Positions 8,539 through 18,215 of a stretch of DNA of 64,000 nucleotides are shown here, piece by piece. The stretch is from Novosphingobium sp. (lineage in GTDB: Bacteria > Pseudomonadota > Alphaproteobacteria > Sphingomonadales > Sphingomonadaceae). The notes below the pieces were generated by a model. It saw only the letters and a program-made list of their open reading frames with translations, had not been told where the DNA came from and did not search any database. Position 1 is the stretch's first letter; each line of letters starts with the position of its first letter. A program made the translations under genes and the position numbers. The stretch lies in NCBI GenBank assembly GCA_045629505.1, contig JAZQRJ010000022.1, positions 61,942-125,941 of the forward strand. Reading direction: 5' to 3'.

Positions 8539-10866
8539 ATGTGGGGAAAGAGATGGCTTTTGGCGGGGGCAGCGACACTGGGCGTAATGGCAGGCGGGCA
8601 TGCCTTTGCGCAGGATCGCACTGTTTTGCCGATCCCACCCGCACCATTCGATGGTGATATCAAACCCAACGTGATGGATTCTCGACCTGGAACAGGACGG
8701 GATGTACGGGCGCCGCAAGGCGCCCCTAACGTATTCATGTTCATGTCGGACGACGTGGGCTTCGCGATGACCAGCGCCTTTGGCGGGCCGGTTCCGACAC
8801 CGAATATCGAGCGGCTTGCGCGGAGCGGGCAGCGGTATAATCGTTTTCATACGACAGGCATCTGCTCGCCTTCTCGCGCTGCTCTACTGACCGGACGAAA
8901 TCACCACCAAACGGGATCAGGCTACCTTTCCGATTTGCCCACAGGCTATCCGGGGTACACTGGCCGGATCGGGGCTGAAACCGCGACAATCGCCCAAATC
9001 CTGCGCCTCAACGGCTACAGCACCGCGATGTTCGGCAAGCACCACAACCTGCCGCCGCAGGATCGCAGCGTTGCCAGCAATCACGATTCATGGCCGACCG
9101 GACTGGGCTTTGAATACTATTTCGGCTTCAATTCCGGGGATGTGGATCAATATACGCCGATCCTTTATCGCGGCATCCAGCGTGCGCCGATGGATGAAGC
9201 GCCGGGCAAGCTGCTGGATGAACGACTGGCCGATGATCTCATCAGCTATGTGCACAACCAGCGGGCGGCCGCGCCGAACAAGCCGTTCCTGCTGTATCTT
9301 GCGCCCGGCACGATGCATGCCCCGCATCAGGCTCCCAAAAGTTACATCGATCGCTTCAAGGGCAAATTCGGCATGGGCTGGGATCAGCTTCGCGTCGAAA
9401 CATGGCGCCGCCAGATCGCAGCAGGGATCATTCCCCCCGATACCAAATTGACCGAACGGCCCGCGCAGATCCCGGCGTGGGAATCGCTAACCGCGAAAGA
9501 AAAGGCGTTCCATGCCCGCCAGATGGAAGTGGCCGCTGCGCAGCTGGCGTTTCAGGATGAGCAAATCGGCCGCATCTTGGACGAGTTGGACCGGATGGGC
9601 GAAACGGACCGCACGCTGTTCGCCTTTGTATTGGGCGATAACGGGGCCAGCGGGGAATCTGGGCCGGGTGGTACTCTCAACGAACTACGCACGATCGTCA
9701 CCCAGAACGAACGCAAGGACTGGCTGCTGGACAGCCTTGAACGGCAGGGCGGGCCGAACACCTATCAGAACTATTCGGTCGGCTGGGCCTGGGCGGCCAA
9801 CTCGCCCTACCCGTGGGTGAAGCAGTACGCTTCCATGCTGGGCGGCATCCGCAACGGGGCGATCATTTCCTGGTCGGGCCATGTCGCACAGCCTGGTGCG
9901 GTCTGCGCGCAGTTCGGCCATCTTGTTGACGTAGTGCCAACGATCCTGGAGGCAGCTGGCCTCCCCGCGCCGACTCAGGTTCTGGGCGCCAAGCAACAGC
10001 CGATGGTTGGGCAGAGCCTGCTATCCAGCCTCAAAACCTGCCAGCCCGACAATCCGCGCACCCAGTATTTCGAAATCACCGGCAAGACGGGGCTCTATAA
10101 GGATGGCTGGTTCCTCTCTGGTGAGGATGGCCGCGATGCCTGGACGGAGATGGGACCGGGCGGCGCGCGTCCGGAAGTGAAGTGGTCGCTCTACAACCTC
10201 AACACTGACTTCTCGCAATCGACCGATCTTTCGCAGCAGGAGCCGGAACGGCTGAAGGCCATGCGGGCCAATTTCGATCAGGAGGCGAGGAAGTACGGCG
10301 TCTATCCGCTGGACCATCGTTTCGGCTCGCCGCGCATTGACCCCAAGATGATGGCGCTGCTGCCCAAGTCCTATCGCTATTGGGGCAAGACAGTCAGCGT
10401 TCCGGCAGCGGGCGCTGCGCCCTTTCTGTCGATGCGGCCATTTACGGTAGAAGCCGATCTCAATCTGGATAGTGCGGCCGCGTCAGGGGTCGTATTGGCA
10501 CTGGCCAGCCGCTTTGGCGGGTGGAGCCTCTATCTGGATAAGGGGCGGCCTGCGCTCTTCTGGTCCCGCTCGACCGACCCGACAGAGCAGGCGCACGTGC
10601 GCGCGGCCAAGGCTCTGCCGAAGGGCAAGTCTACCCTGCGCATGCGGTTTGAGACGAGACAGCCCGGCGCTCCAGCCGAGGTCGTTCTGTCATCGGGCGG
10701 GCAGGATTATGCGCGCGTAAATATTCCGACCAACGTGCTATTCCCCGCCGGCAACGGGGAAACGCTAGATGTAGGCCGGGATTTGGGTGTGACCGTCACA
10801 GACTATGCCACACCTCACGGAGAGATTGAGGGCGATATTACGCAGGTGCGTATCAATTTGGATTAG
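8539..10866 (+). CDS. Exported arylsulfatase (type I, formylglycine-dependent) with C-terminal beta-rich domain
   Basis: Sec signal peptide (AFA|Q), SDDVG, CSPSRAALLTG, FGKHH, GDNGAS. Confidence 0.92.
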   Translation: MWGKRWLLAGAATLGVMAGGHAFAQDRTVLPIPPAPFDGDIKPNVMDSRPGTGRDVRAPQGAPNVFMFMSDDVGFAMTSAFGGPVPTPNIERLARSGQRYNRFHTTGICSPSRAALLTGRNHHQTGSGYLSDLPTGYPGYTGRIGAETATIAQILRLNGYSTAMFGKHHNLPPQDRSVASNHDSWPTGLGFEYYFGFNSGDVDQYTPILYRGIQRAPMDEAPGKLLDERLADDLISYVHNQRAAAPNKPFLLYLAPGTMHAPHQAPKSYIDRFKGKFGMGWDQLRVETWRRQIAAGIIPPDTKLTERPAQIPAWESLTAKEKAFHARQMEVAAAQLAFQDEQIGRILDELDRMGETDRTLFAFVLGDNGASGESGPGGTLNELRTIVTQNERKDWLLDSLERQGGPNTYQNYSVGWAWAANSPYPWVKQYASMLGGIRNGAIISWSGHVAQPGAVCAQFGHLVDVVPTILEAAGLPAPTQVLGAKQQPMVGQSLLSSLKTCQPDNPRTQYFEITGKTGLYKDGWFLSGEDGRDAWTEMGPGGARPEVKWSLYNLNTDFSQSTDLSQQEPERLKAMRANFDQEARKYGVYPLDHRFGSPRIDPKMMALLPKSYRYWGKTVSVPAAGAAPFLSMRPFTVEADLNLDSAAASGVVLALASRFGGWSLYLDKGRPALFWSRSTDPTEQAHVRAAKALPKGKSTLRMRFETRQPGAPAEVVLSSGGQDYARVNIPTNVLFPAGNGETLDVGRDLGVTVTDYATPHGEIEGDITQVRINLD

Positions 10867-10986
10867 CGCTCGCGCAGAAGTTTTTTCCGTAACTACGGAT
10901 TGCGAAGCGTGGCAGCGGTTGCGGGATTGCAAGCCGCTGCACGCTGCGCCACTCTCGCGCAGATTTTGGGATGAGGATGGAAAAAC

Positions 10987-11772
10987 ATGAAAATTGAAGA
11001 AGCAAAGCATGCGTTTGTAACCGGCGGCGCCAGCGGGATCGGCCTTGGTATTGCCAATGCACTGGCGGAGCGTGGTCTGAATGTAACTATCGCAGACATC
11101 GATGAAGCGGCGATGGAAAAGGTTGTTGCAACCCGTGCCAATCAGTTTCGGGGTGTCCGGCTCGACACGCGCGATCGGGATAATTGGGAGCGCGCCAAGG
11201 AAGAGGCCGAGAAAGTGTTCGGCCCTGTCGATATCCTGATCAATAATGCCGGTATTGCTCCGCACGGAAAGCAATTTGCCGATACTGATGCGGCTAGCTT
11301 CGATACGCTGATCGCCATCAACCTGGTCGGCCCGGCCAATGGCGTGATGACCTTTGCCGATGCAATGCGTCAGCGTGGCAAAGGACACATCGTGAATACC
11401 TCTTCCAGTGCCGGCCTTGTGGCGTTCGGCAATGGCGTGGGCGTATATTCGATGGCGAAGTTCGGCGTTACGGCGATGAGCCTTGCCTTGCGTCAGGAGC
11501 TTGAGGCCAGCGGCGTGGGTGTGTCGGTGCTTTGTCCGGGCATCGTGGCCACCAACCTCCATGCAAACACGGTGAAGATTGGCGGCGAAAGCAACGACAA
11601 TCCCGCTGCCAAGCCGACGCCGACTGTCACCCCTGCCGAAATCGGCGAACAGGTGATCAGCGCGATTGAGAACAACGAGGCTGTGATCGTTACCGACAAG
11701 GGTATGTGGAACGTGATGCAATACCAGATCGCTCCGATCAAGGCTGCCTGCGAAGTTCGAGATCGTGCCTGA
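10987..11772 (+). CDS. Short-chain dehydrogenase/reductase
   Basis: TGGASGIG, INNAG, VNTSS, YSMAK. Confidence 0.9.
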   Translation: MKIEEAKHAFVTGGASGIGLGIANALAERGLNVTIADIDEAAMEKVVATRANQFRGVRLDTRDRDNWERAKEEAEKVFGPVDILINNAGIAPHGKQFADTDAASFDTLIAINLVGPANGVMTFADAMRQRGKGHIVNTSSSAGLVAFGNGVGVYSMAKFGVTAMSLALRQELEASGVGVSVLCPGIVATNLHANTVKIGGESNDNPAAKPTPTVTPAEIGEQVISAIENNEAVIVTDKGMWNVMQYQIAPIKAACEVRDRA

Positions 11773-12220
11773 TATCAGTGTGATGGACTTGGAGAGGCTG
11801 GAAAGGATTGAGGGCCGCAACGCAGTTGCGGACCTCATCCACCGTTATGCCCAGCTCGTTCGGTATGATCGGGGAGAGGAAACCGCCAATCTCTACGTGC
11901 CGGATGGTGTGTTTGAGGTTCGGCTGGGCAGGCCCGACAAGCCGGAATACACAGTACAAAGCCGTGTAGAGGGCAGGGAGGCGATCCAGGCGTTCCTTTT
12001 GCCGCACAAGGGCAAGCCACATCCGGTGCCGCTGGTCAGCAATATACTGGTTGATGTCGATGGGGACAGGGCCCGTGCCACTTGCGTGATGGAGGGGCGT
12101 CCGTCCGAAGGGGAGGGCGGTTTCTGGGGCGAATATCACGACACCTGCGTCCGAGTGGACGGGCGGTGGCATTTCGCCTCCCGCACCTACACGATGTTCG
12201 TGGACCCAAGCGCGATCTAA
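11765..12220 (+). CDS. NTF2-like / SnoaL_4 family protein
   Basis: AVADLIHRY, VDGDRARA, GEYHD..VRVDGRWHFASR; overlaps the SDR stop. Confidence 0.78.
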   Translation: MPDISVMDLERLERIEGRNAVADLIHRYAQLVRYDRGEETANLYVPDGVFEVRLGRPDKPEYTVQSRVEGREAIQAFLLPHKGKPHPVPLVSNILVDVDGDRARATCVMEGRPSEGEGGFWGEYHDTCVRVDGRWHFASRTYTMFVDPSAI

Positions 12221-12238
12221 CCTTGGGGACAGCAATAA

Positions 12239-12272
12239 TGGGGAGCGGGAGCATTGGGCTCACCGCTCCCCA
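12239..12272. terminator. Hairpin between convergent genes (probable bidirectional terminator)
   Basis: TGGGGAGCGG-GAGC-ATTGG-GCTC-A-CCGCTCCCCA, a 10+4 bp stem. Confidence 0.6.
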
Positions 12273-12278
12273 ATTGTT

Positions 12279-13265
12279 TCAGGCTGGCAGCGTCGTGCCG
12301 AATGCTCGGGCCAAAGCGGTGTTGCGTAGTTTGGTAAGTGTCAGGGTCTGCGGGGTCGGTCCGGCAACGCCGAATCCGTGATAGGCGCCGGGGATAACGT
12401 AAAGCTCTGCCGGAATGCCTTCACGCGTCAGGCGGCGAACATATTCCATGTCCTCTTCCAGAAAGAGATCCAGCGCGCCGACCGAGATAAAGGCGGGCGG
12501 CAGGCCAGCGTAATCGCGCACCCGTGCGGGCACTGTCTCGTCCTTGACATCAGCACTACCGGGTTCGACGCCAAGCAAGGCTTTCCAGCCAAAGCGGTTG
12601 TGCTCGGGCGTCCAGACGAACTCGCCGGTATGCAGGTGCGGATCGGCGGTGGTGCCGGTGCGATCATCCAGCATCGGTGCATCAAGCAACTGCAGGACGA
12701 GCTTTGGCCCGCCCATGTTGCGGGCGTGGATGGCCACGGCCGCCGCATGACCACCGCCAGCGCTTTCTCCCGCAATGGCGATGCGGTTTACATCAATCCC
12801 CAGCGCATCGGCGTTCTCGTTCATCCAGAGGAGCGCGGCGTAACAATCATCGCGCGCACCGGGCCACTGCGTTTCTGGCGCCTTGCGATAATCGACTGAC
12901 ACGACCACGCAGCCCAGCGTCAGTGCCAGTGCGCGATTGGAGAAATCCCCGATGTCGGCTCGGCCGACTACGTATCCCCCGCCGTGGATATGGCAGATCG
13001 CTGGGCGCTTGCCCTCTGCTGCGCCAGGCGGTGAATAAATCAGCACCCGCACGTCCGGGGCGCCTGCGGGGCCGGGGATCATGCGCTCTTCAAACTGGGC
13101 ATTTTCCAGTCCGGCAGGCATCGGCGGCATTTCCCGATCGGTGAAGCCCGCGCGGATCTTGTCCAGTCCGTGCTCGAAATCCAGCGGCGGGAAGTTTGCC
13201 AGGCCCGGCGCCAGCTCCGGTGCGACGAGGTGGGCGGTAGATTGTTGCTTTGCTGCTGAACTCAC
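12279..13265 (-). CDS. Alpha/beta hydrolase, HSL-like esterase/lipase
   Basis: HGGGY, GESAGG, LDLFLEE, YHGF. Confidence 0.92.
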   Translation of the reverse strand: MSSAAKQQSTAHLVAPELAPGLANFPPLDFEHGLDKIRAGFTDREMPPMPAGLENAQFEERMIPGPAGAPDVRVLIYSPPGAAEGKRPAICHIHGGGYVVGRADIGDFSNRALALTLGCVVVSVDYRKAPETQWPGARDDCYAALLWMNENADALGIDVNRIAIAGESAGGGHAAAVAIHARNMGGPKLVLQLLDAPMLDDRTGTTADPHLHTGEFVWTPEHNRFGWKALLGVEPGSADVKDETVPARVRDYAGLPPAFISVGALDLFLEEDMEYVRRLTREGIPAELYVIPGAYHGFGVAGPTPQTLTLTKLRNTALARAFGTTLPA

Positions 13266-13540
13266 GCGATGACTCTCCCTTGTTTTCGGCTCATGCTTGC
13301 CGCCGCGACGAACGCGGTCAAGGCATTATCGCCAGCCGATTCTGCCTGGCGCCAGTTGTGCCGATATTTGTCTGACCGGCAAGCCCGATGCATTCTTGGT
13401 GGACGCGTCAATAGGCGAAAACACGGAGGTCATCTGTCTGTCGCGTTGTGAAACGACAGGTGTTCACCCAATGGGGCTGCTTCCGGTGTGCGGGAATTGC
13501 AGCTATGTGCTGGGTTCAATTTGCGTTCGCTAGCGAGACC

Positions 13541-13942
13541 ATGCCTGACAATACTCAGACCGACCCGCTGCTGGCGCAGCTTGATCGCTTCCGCCATGAT
13601 TGTGAGCAATGTCCTGCAGAGGGAGAGAGCGACTGTCTGCGGGAAGCATTGCGCCTTTTCCCCGCAATAGCGGAAGTGTCCGTGAAAACTCTCATTTCCG
13701 ACGGCGGCTTTGCAAGCGCAGCTCTTGCGATGATTGGGCCGGACACACCCTTTATGCTTTCGCGCAGCTCGCAAGGGCACTGCCTTGCAACCATCGCTCA
13801 ACATGGCTGGGAAGTGACAGCGGAGGGCGCGACGCCTGCGCTCGCCCTGCTGGGGGCGTGGGCCTCTGCTTTGCTCGCCTGCACGTCCGGCTCCAGTCCT
13901 GCATCAGCGGGAACCGCGGGCGCGCCTGACCTGCTGCACTGA
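13541..13942 (+). CDS. Hypothetical protein
   Basis: 133-aa ORF filling the gap, convergent with the LuxR-type regulator; no family recognised. Confidence 0.55.
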   Translation: MPDNTQTDPLLAQLDRFRHDCEQCPAEGESDCLREALRLFPAIAEVSVKTLISDGGFASAALAMIGPDTPFMLSRSSQGHCLATIAQHGWEVTAEGATPALALLGAWASALLACTSGSSPASAGTAGAPDLLH

Positions 13943-13952
13943 CGACTGCCAC

Positions 13953-14555
13953 CTAACGGATCATTTCCGCTTCAATCGCAATCCTTATCGCGTGCGACGT
14001 GTGGCTGGCCCCCAGCTTGTTGAGCATATTGGAGCGGTGGATTTCCACTGTTCGCGGGCTAATCTCCAAAACTTCCCCGATTTTGCGATTTGAGAGGCCA
14101 TTGGCCACATGATTGAGCACTTCGCGCTCCCGTTCAGTCAATCGTTCGATGCGCGCTTTCGCAACCGTCTCCCGCAAACGGGCGTTGCCAAGCCGACCCA
14201 TGCGGCTGGTGGCGCGTTCAATGGCATTGATCAGTTCGTCATTCGATGCGGGCCAAGGGAGGTAATCAACCGCACCGTTGAGAATGGCCGTTACGACTTG
14301 TGTTACGCGGGGTTGCTCCGCGAATGCGATAATCGGAAACCAGATGCCTTTTTGCCCCATGGCTCCGATCAGGTCGGACAATTCTGATCCAGTTTCGTGA
14401 ATCAGGATGGTTCCGTTGCTGGGCCAGCATCGGCACAGCTCTCCTACCGTTTCAAACGGTTCGACATGAATGCGGTGGGTTGAAAGCGAATGGCTTAGCT
14501 GGGCGCGACGCCTCAAATCGCTATCAACGAGGATGAGCGTTTTGCTCGATTGCAT
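13953..14555 (-). CDS. FixJ/LuxR-type regulator with degenerate receiver domain
   Basis: LTEREREVL...GLSNRKIGEVLEISPRTVEIHRSNMLNKLG HTH; receiver-like N-terminus GAVDYLPWP. Confidence 0.88.
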   Translation of the reverse strand: MQSSKTLILVDSDLRRRAQLSHSLSTHRIHVEPFETVGELCRCWPSNGTILIHETGSELSDLIGAMGQKGIWFPIIAFAEQPRVTQVVTAILNGAVDYLPWPASNDELINAIERATSRMGRLGNARLRETVAKARIERLTEREREVLNHVANGLSNRKIGEVLEISPRTVEIHRSNMLNKLGASHTSHAIRIAIEAEMIR

Positions 14556-14809
14556 GGTTTCCCCCTAATGGATTTCACATAGGGCGATATTCCGAACACC
14601 GATCTGGATGCTTGCCTTGTAGCTTCCGTTTTCGAGTGAATAGCCCGCGATGGCCAAAGGGTTAGGTTCAATGGATAAAGTGTGCGTGAGCCCGCATTAG
14701 GTCAATTCACTTAAGGGAATGGCACGGGGGGCGCTTCGTATATATTTTAAGGTTGTTTCAGATCGTTGCCGGTCGATCCCAATTTTGATCCATAATGGAT
14801 GCGCTTGAG

Positions 14810-16906
14810 TCATTCGCCCGGTCGCGGCGGGTCCATTGTAAGTTCGGCCAGCATGGCGGGTGTGAGAATCTGGGGAAGCTGGCGCGACTTGCCCCCACCT
14901 GCCGGATACCACATGTAAAACGGCACGCCTCCCGCTCTGTGCTCGGTAAGGTAGCGGGTAATTTGGGGACCGCGCCGCGTCCAGTCTCCGCGCAGCACCA
15001 CCACATTGCCAGCTTTGAACGCAGCGATGGTTTCTTCCCGCTCAATTGCGACCCGTTCATTGACCTTGCAGGTGATGCACCAATCGGCAGTCATCCACAC
15101 GAACACAGGCTTGCCCGATGCCCGTGCTTCATCCAGCGCCTGTTGGCTGAAGGCGATTGCGCCCATCGCATTCTGCCCAGCTTCCCAAGGTTTTTCCGCG
15201 ACGCGAGGCAGGACCGCAAATGCAGATACCGCGATCAGGGCAAGCCCTCCCGCAGCGATTGCCATGGCGGAGCGCCCCAAACGCTGACGCTTTCCAATGA
15301 TCACGAGCACGGCCACGAGCAAAGCGGCAAGCACCGCGGCCACTATCGCGAAATTGGTGCCAGCTACCCGGCTTACCAGCCAGAGCAGGGCGAAGGCCGT
15401 CAGCCCCATCGGCACGGCCATCCAGCGGCGGAAACGGTTCATCCATGCTCCGGGGCGGGGCAGGCGGCGGCGCAGGGCGGGCACAAAAGCGATTAACAGG
15501 AAGGGCAGCGCCAGCCCGAGTCCCAGCGCGCCGAACAAGCTGAGCGCTGGCACCACCGGCAGCAGCAGTGCGGCACCCATCGCTGCGGCCATGAACGGTC
15601 CGGTGCAGGGCGTCGCCGCAAAAGCCGCCAGCAATCCGGTGGCGAAGGCGCTGCGTCGTGATCCTTCTCCGGAAAAGCCCGGCAATGTCATTTCGAACAG
15701 GCCCAGGAAGTTGGCGGTAATTGCAACGGCCAGCAGCAGCAGCAAGGTGACGATGCCCGGTTCCTGCAACTGGAACGCCCAGCCCACTTCCTCACCAGCT
15801 GCGCGCAAGGCCAGCAAAACCGCGCCAAGCGCCAAGCAGGCGATCACGACTCCGCCCGTATAGGCGATGCCTTCGCTGCGCGCATGCCGCTCGCTTTCGC
15901 CTGCGCGCGCGAGGCTGAGTGCCTTCAGGCTCAGGATCGGAAATACGCAGGGCATCACGTTGAGCAAAAGCCCGCCGATGAAGGCGCCGAGCAGAAGCAA
16001 GGGAAGCGCAGAAATGCTGCCGGTTTGCTCGTCACTTTCCAGCGGCTTTCCGCCGGGTGGCACCGTGCCTAGCTTCGCGGTGAAAGCCAGTCCGCTGCCT
16101 GGTTCATCAAGCCGGAGAACGGCGCTGATCGTGTCCGGCTCGGCCGGAGCCGCTTTAGGCCGCTCAAGGTCCACGACCAGCACGTCGCCATTCCAGCTGA
16201 AACGTTGCGGCGCGGCATAGCTGGCTACGCGATCTTCGGCGATGAACAGGTGCGGATTATCGATCGGTGTTTCCGCAGGAAGAGGAATCGCGATTCGCAG
16301 GCGCGATCCCGCCATTTCGAACCTGGCATCGGCATTGAGCGGAGAGGCAAGCCGCGCCCGCCACTCGTCAAAGCGCGGGTCTGCAGTGCCGGGCTCACCA
16401 ATCCTCACCTGTGTTTCAAGCTGCGCCTTCTCAGGCACGCAGATTTCGTCAGTACAAGCCAGCCACTGCGCTTCTACCGCCACCGGCAAAACGCTTCCGG
16501 ATTTTGCATCGGCCGGAAGGCGAAGCGGCACCAAGACCGCGTAATCGCCCTTGTAAACGTGGTTCATCAGGCCAGAGATCAGCAGTGTATCCGGCACCGG
16601 ATATTCCGGATCCCCGATCCTGGCACCCTTGGGCAATTGCCAGTCCAGCTTCATACCCAGCCCCGCGTCGCCGGGGTTCAGCCAGTATCCGTGCCAGCCC
16701 GCTGCCGGTCGCATGGCGATTGCCAGCGTAACTTCCCCGCCGGGCCGCGCCGGACTTTCCGCCACAAGCGAGGCGGCAATGTGGGTTGGCGCTGCATGAG
16801 CGGGCGCGCTGAACAGCACTATCGCCAGCAGGACCGGGGTCAGCCATTGCCAGACTCTGGCGGTCAGCATTCGATAGGGTCGCGATGCAGCCATTGCCCG
16901 GAGCAT
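14810..16906 (-). CDS. dsbD: DsbD family protein-disulfide reductase
   Basis: WHGYWLNPGDAG, CTDEIC, LNVMPCVFP, TPCTGPFM, TADWCITCKVN. Confidence 0.92.
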   Translation of the reverse strand: MLRAMAASRPYRMLTARVWQWLTPVLLAIVLFSAPAHAAPTHIAASLVAESPARPGGEVTLAIAMRPAAGWHGYWLNPGDAGLGMKLDWQLPKGARIGDPEYPVPDTLLISGLMNHVYKGDYAVLVPLRLPADAKSGSVLPVAVEAQWLACTDEICVPEKAQLETQVRIGEPGTADPRFDEWRARLASPLNADARFEMAGSRLRIAIPLPAETPIDNPHLFIAEDRVASYAAPQRFSWNGDVLVVDLERPKAAPAEPDTISAVLRLDEPGSGLAFTAKLGTVPPGGKPLESDEQTGSISALPLLLLGAFIGGLLLNVMPCVFPILSLKALSLARAGESERHARSEGIAYTGGVVIACLALGAVLLALRAAGEEVGWAFQLQEPGIVTLLLLLAVAITANFLGLFEMTLPGFSGEGSRRSAFATGLLAAFAATPCTGPFMAAAMGAALLLPVVPALSLFGALGLGLALPFLLIAFVPALRRRLPRPGAWMNRFRRWMAVPMGLTAFALLWLVSRVAGTNFAIVAAVLAALLVAVLVIIGKRQRLGRSAMAIAAGGLALIAVSAFAVLPRVAEKPWEAGQNAMGAIAFSQQALDEARASGKPVFVWMTADWCITCKVNERVAIEREETIAAFKAGNVVVLRGDWTRRGPQITRYLTEHRAGGVPFYMWYPAGGGKSRQLPQILTPAMLAELTMDPPRPGE

Positions 16907-16961
16907 TTGCCCTCTGCGCGCTGCGATGACAAGCGCGCAGAGGGACGATATAGGTAAGGCT

Positions 16962-18203
16962 ATGACCGAGCCTCACTTATCTGCGCAAGCATCCGATCGT
17001 CGTGACCTGCTGATTATTGGCGGTGGGCTTGTCGGCATGACACTGGCGTTGGCCGCCGCCCGCGTGGGGCTTACCAGCCATGTGGTCGATCGCGCCGTTC
17101 CTGCGGAACTGACGGCCGAGGGTGCCGATGGCCGAGCATCGGCCATTTCCACGGCGAGCTGGAACCTGTTCAATAATATCGGCATTGCAGAACAGCTCGA
17201 TCCGCTTGGCTGCCCCATCTCATCCATCGCCGTGACTGACGGCCTGAAGCCGGGGCGGATCGATTTTCAACCCAAGCCGGACGAAGGCACTCTGGGCCGC
17301 ATGTTCGCCAACCGCGATCTGCGGCTCGCCCTGTTCGCCGCTGCCGAAGGTGAATCCGCAATAGCTTGGCATACCGGGGCTGAAGTGGTGGAGCGGGATC
17401 GCGGGCCAAATAGCGTCAGCGTCACTTTGCGCGATGGCCGGGTGCTTACCGCCAGCCTTATGGTCGCGGCGGAAGGGCGGCAATCGCCCACGCGCGATGA
17501 AGCGGGCTTCACGCTGGCGAAGTGGGATTATAGTCACCGCGCGCTCGTCACCGGGCTGGTCCATGAAAAGCCGCACGAAAATGTTGCGTGGGAAATTTTC
17601 TATCCCGACGGGCCGTTCGCCCTGCTGCCGCTGCTCGATCTGCCTGATGGCCGCCATCGCAGCGCGCTGGTCTGGACTATCCGCGAGGCGGATGCGGCCG
17701 CAGTGCTTAAATTGTCAGACCGCGCCTTCCTGCATGAAGCGTACAAGGCAATGGGCGGCATGTTTGGAGAAATTGAACTTTCCGCCCCGCGCATGGCCTA
17801 TCCGCTGAAGTTCCACCATTCGCGCAACCTTGTCGATCACCGGCTGGTAGTGGTGGGCGATGCTGCTCACGGGATGCACCCGATTGCCGGGCAGGGCCTC
17901 AATCTCGGGCTGCGAGACGTGGGCGTTCTGGTGGACGTTCTGGCCGAAGGGATGCGGCTGGGACTGGAGCCGGGGGATGCGCAATTGCTCAAGCGTTATG
18001 AGAAGTGGCGCAGCCTCGATACCTTCATGGTCATGTCAGTCACGGATGGGCTGACGCGGCTGTTCGGCATCCCCGGCAAACTGCCCAGCGTGGCCCGGCG
18101 TCTTGGCATGGGCGCGGTGCAACGGCTGCCAGTGCTCAAGCGCTTCTTCATGGATGAAGCGCGGGGAATGTCTGGGAAATTGCCGGAATTACTGCGCGGT
18201 TAG
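16962..18203 (+). CDS. UbiH/UbiF/UbiI/UbiL family FAD-dependent hydroxylase
   Basis: IIGGGLVG, AAEGRQSPTR, VGDAAHGMHPIAGQGLNLGLRD. Confidence 0.9.
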   Translation: MTEPHLSAQASDRRDLLIIGGGLVGMTLALAAARVGLTSHVVDRAVPAELTAEGADGRASAISTASWNLFNNIGIAEQLDPLGCPISSIAVTDGLKPGRIDFQPKPDEGTLGRMFANRDLRLALFAAAEGESAIAWHTGAEVVERDRGPNSVSVTLRDGRVLTASLMVAAEGRQSPTRDEAGFTLAKWDYSHRALVTGLVHEKPHENVAWEIFYPDGPFALLPLLDLPDGRHRSALVWTIREADAAAVLKLSDRAFLHEAYKAMGGMFGEIELSAPRMAYPLKFHHSRNLVDHRLVVVGDAAHGMHPIAGQGLNLGLRDVGVLVDVLAEGMRLGLEPGDAQLLKRYEKWRSLDTFMVMSVTDGLTRLFGIPGKLPSVARRLGMGAVQRLPVLKRFFMDEARGMSGKLPELLRG

Positions 18204-18215
18204 GTTCTGGCCCAG

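Noticed and set aside
14718-14735. TGGCAC possible sigma54 -24 element
   Set aside because: No TTGC at -12 (reads GCGC)
15092-15100. TCATCCACA DnaA-box-like 9-mer
   Set aside because: Single copy inside the dsbD coding sequence
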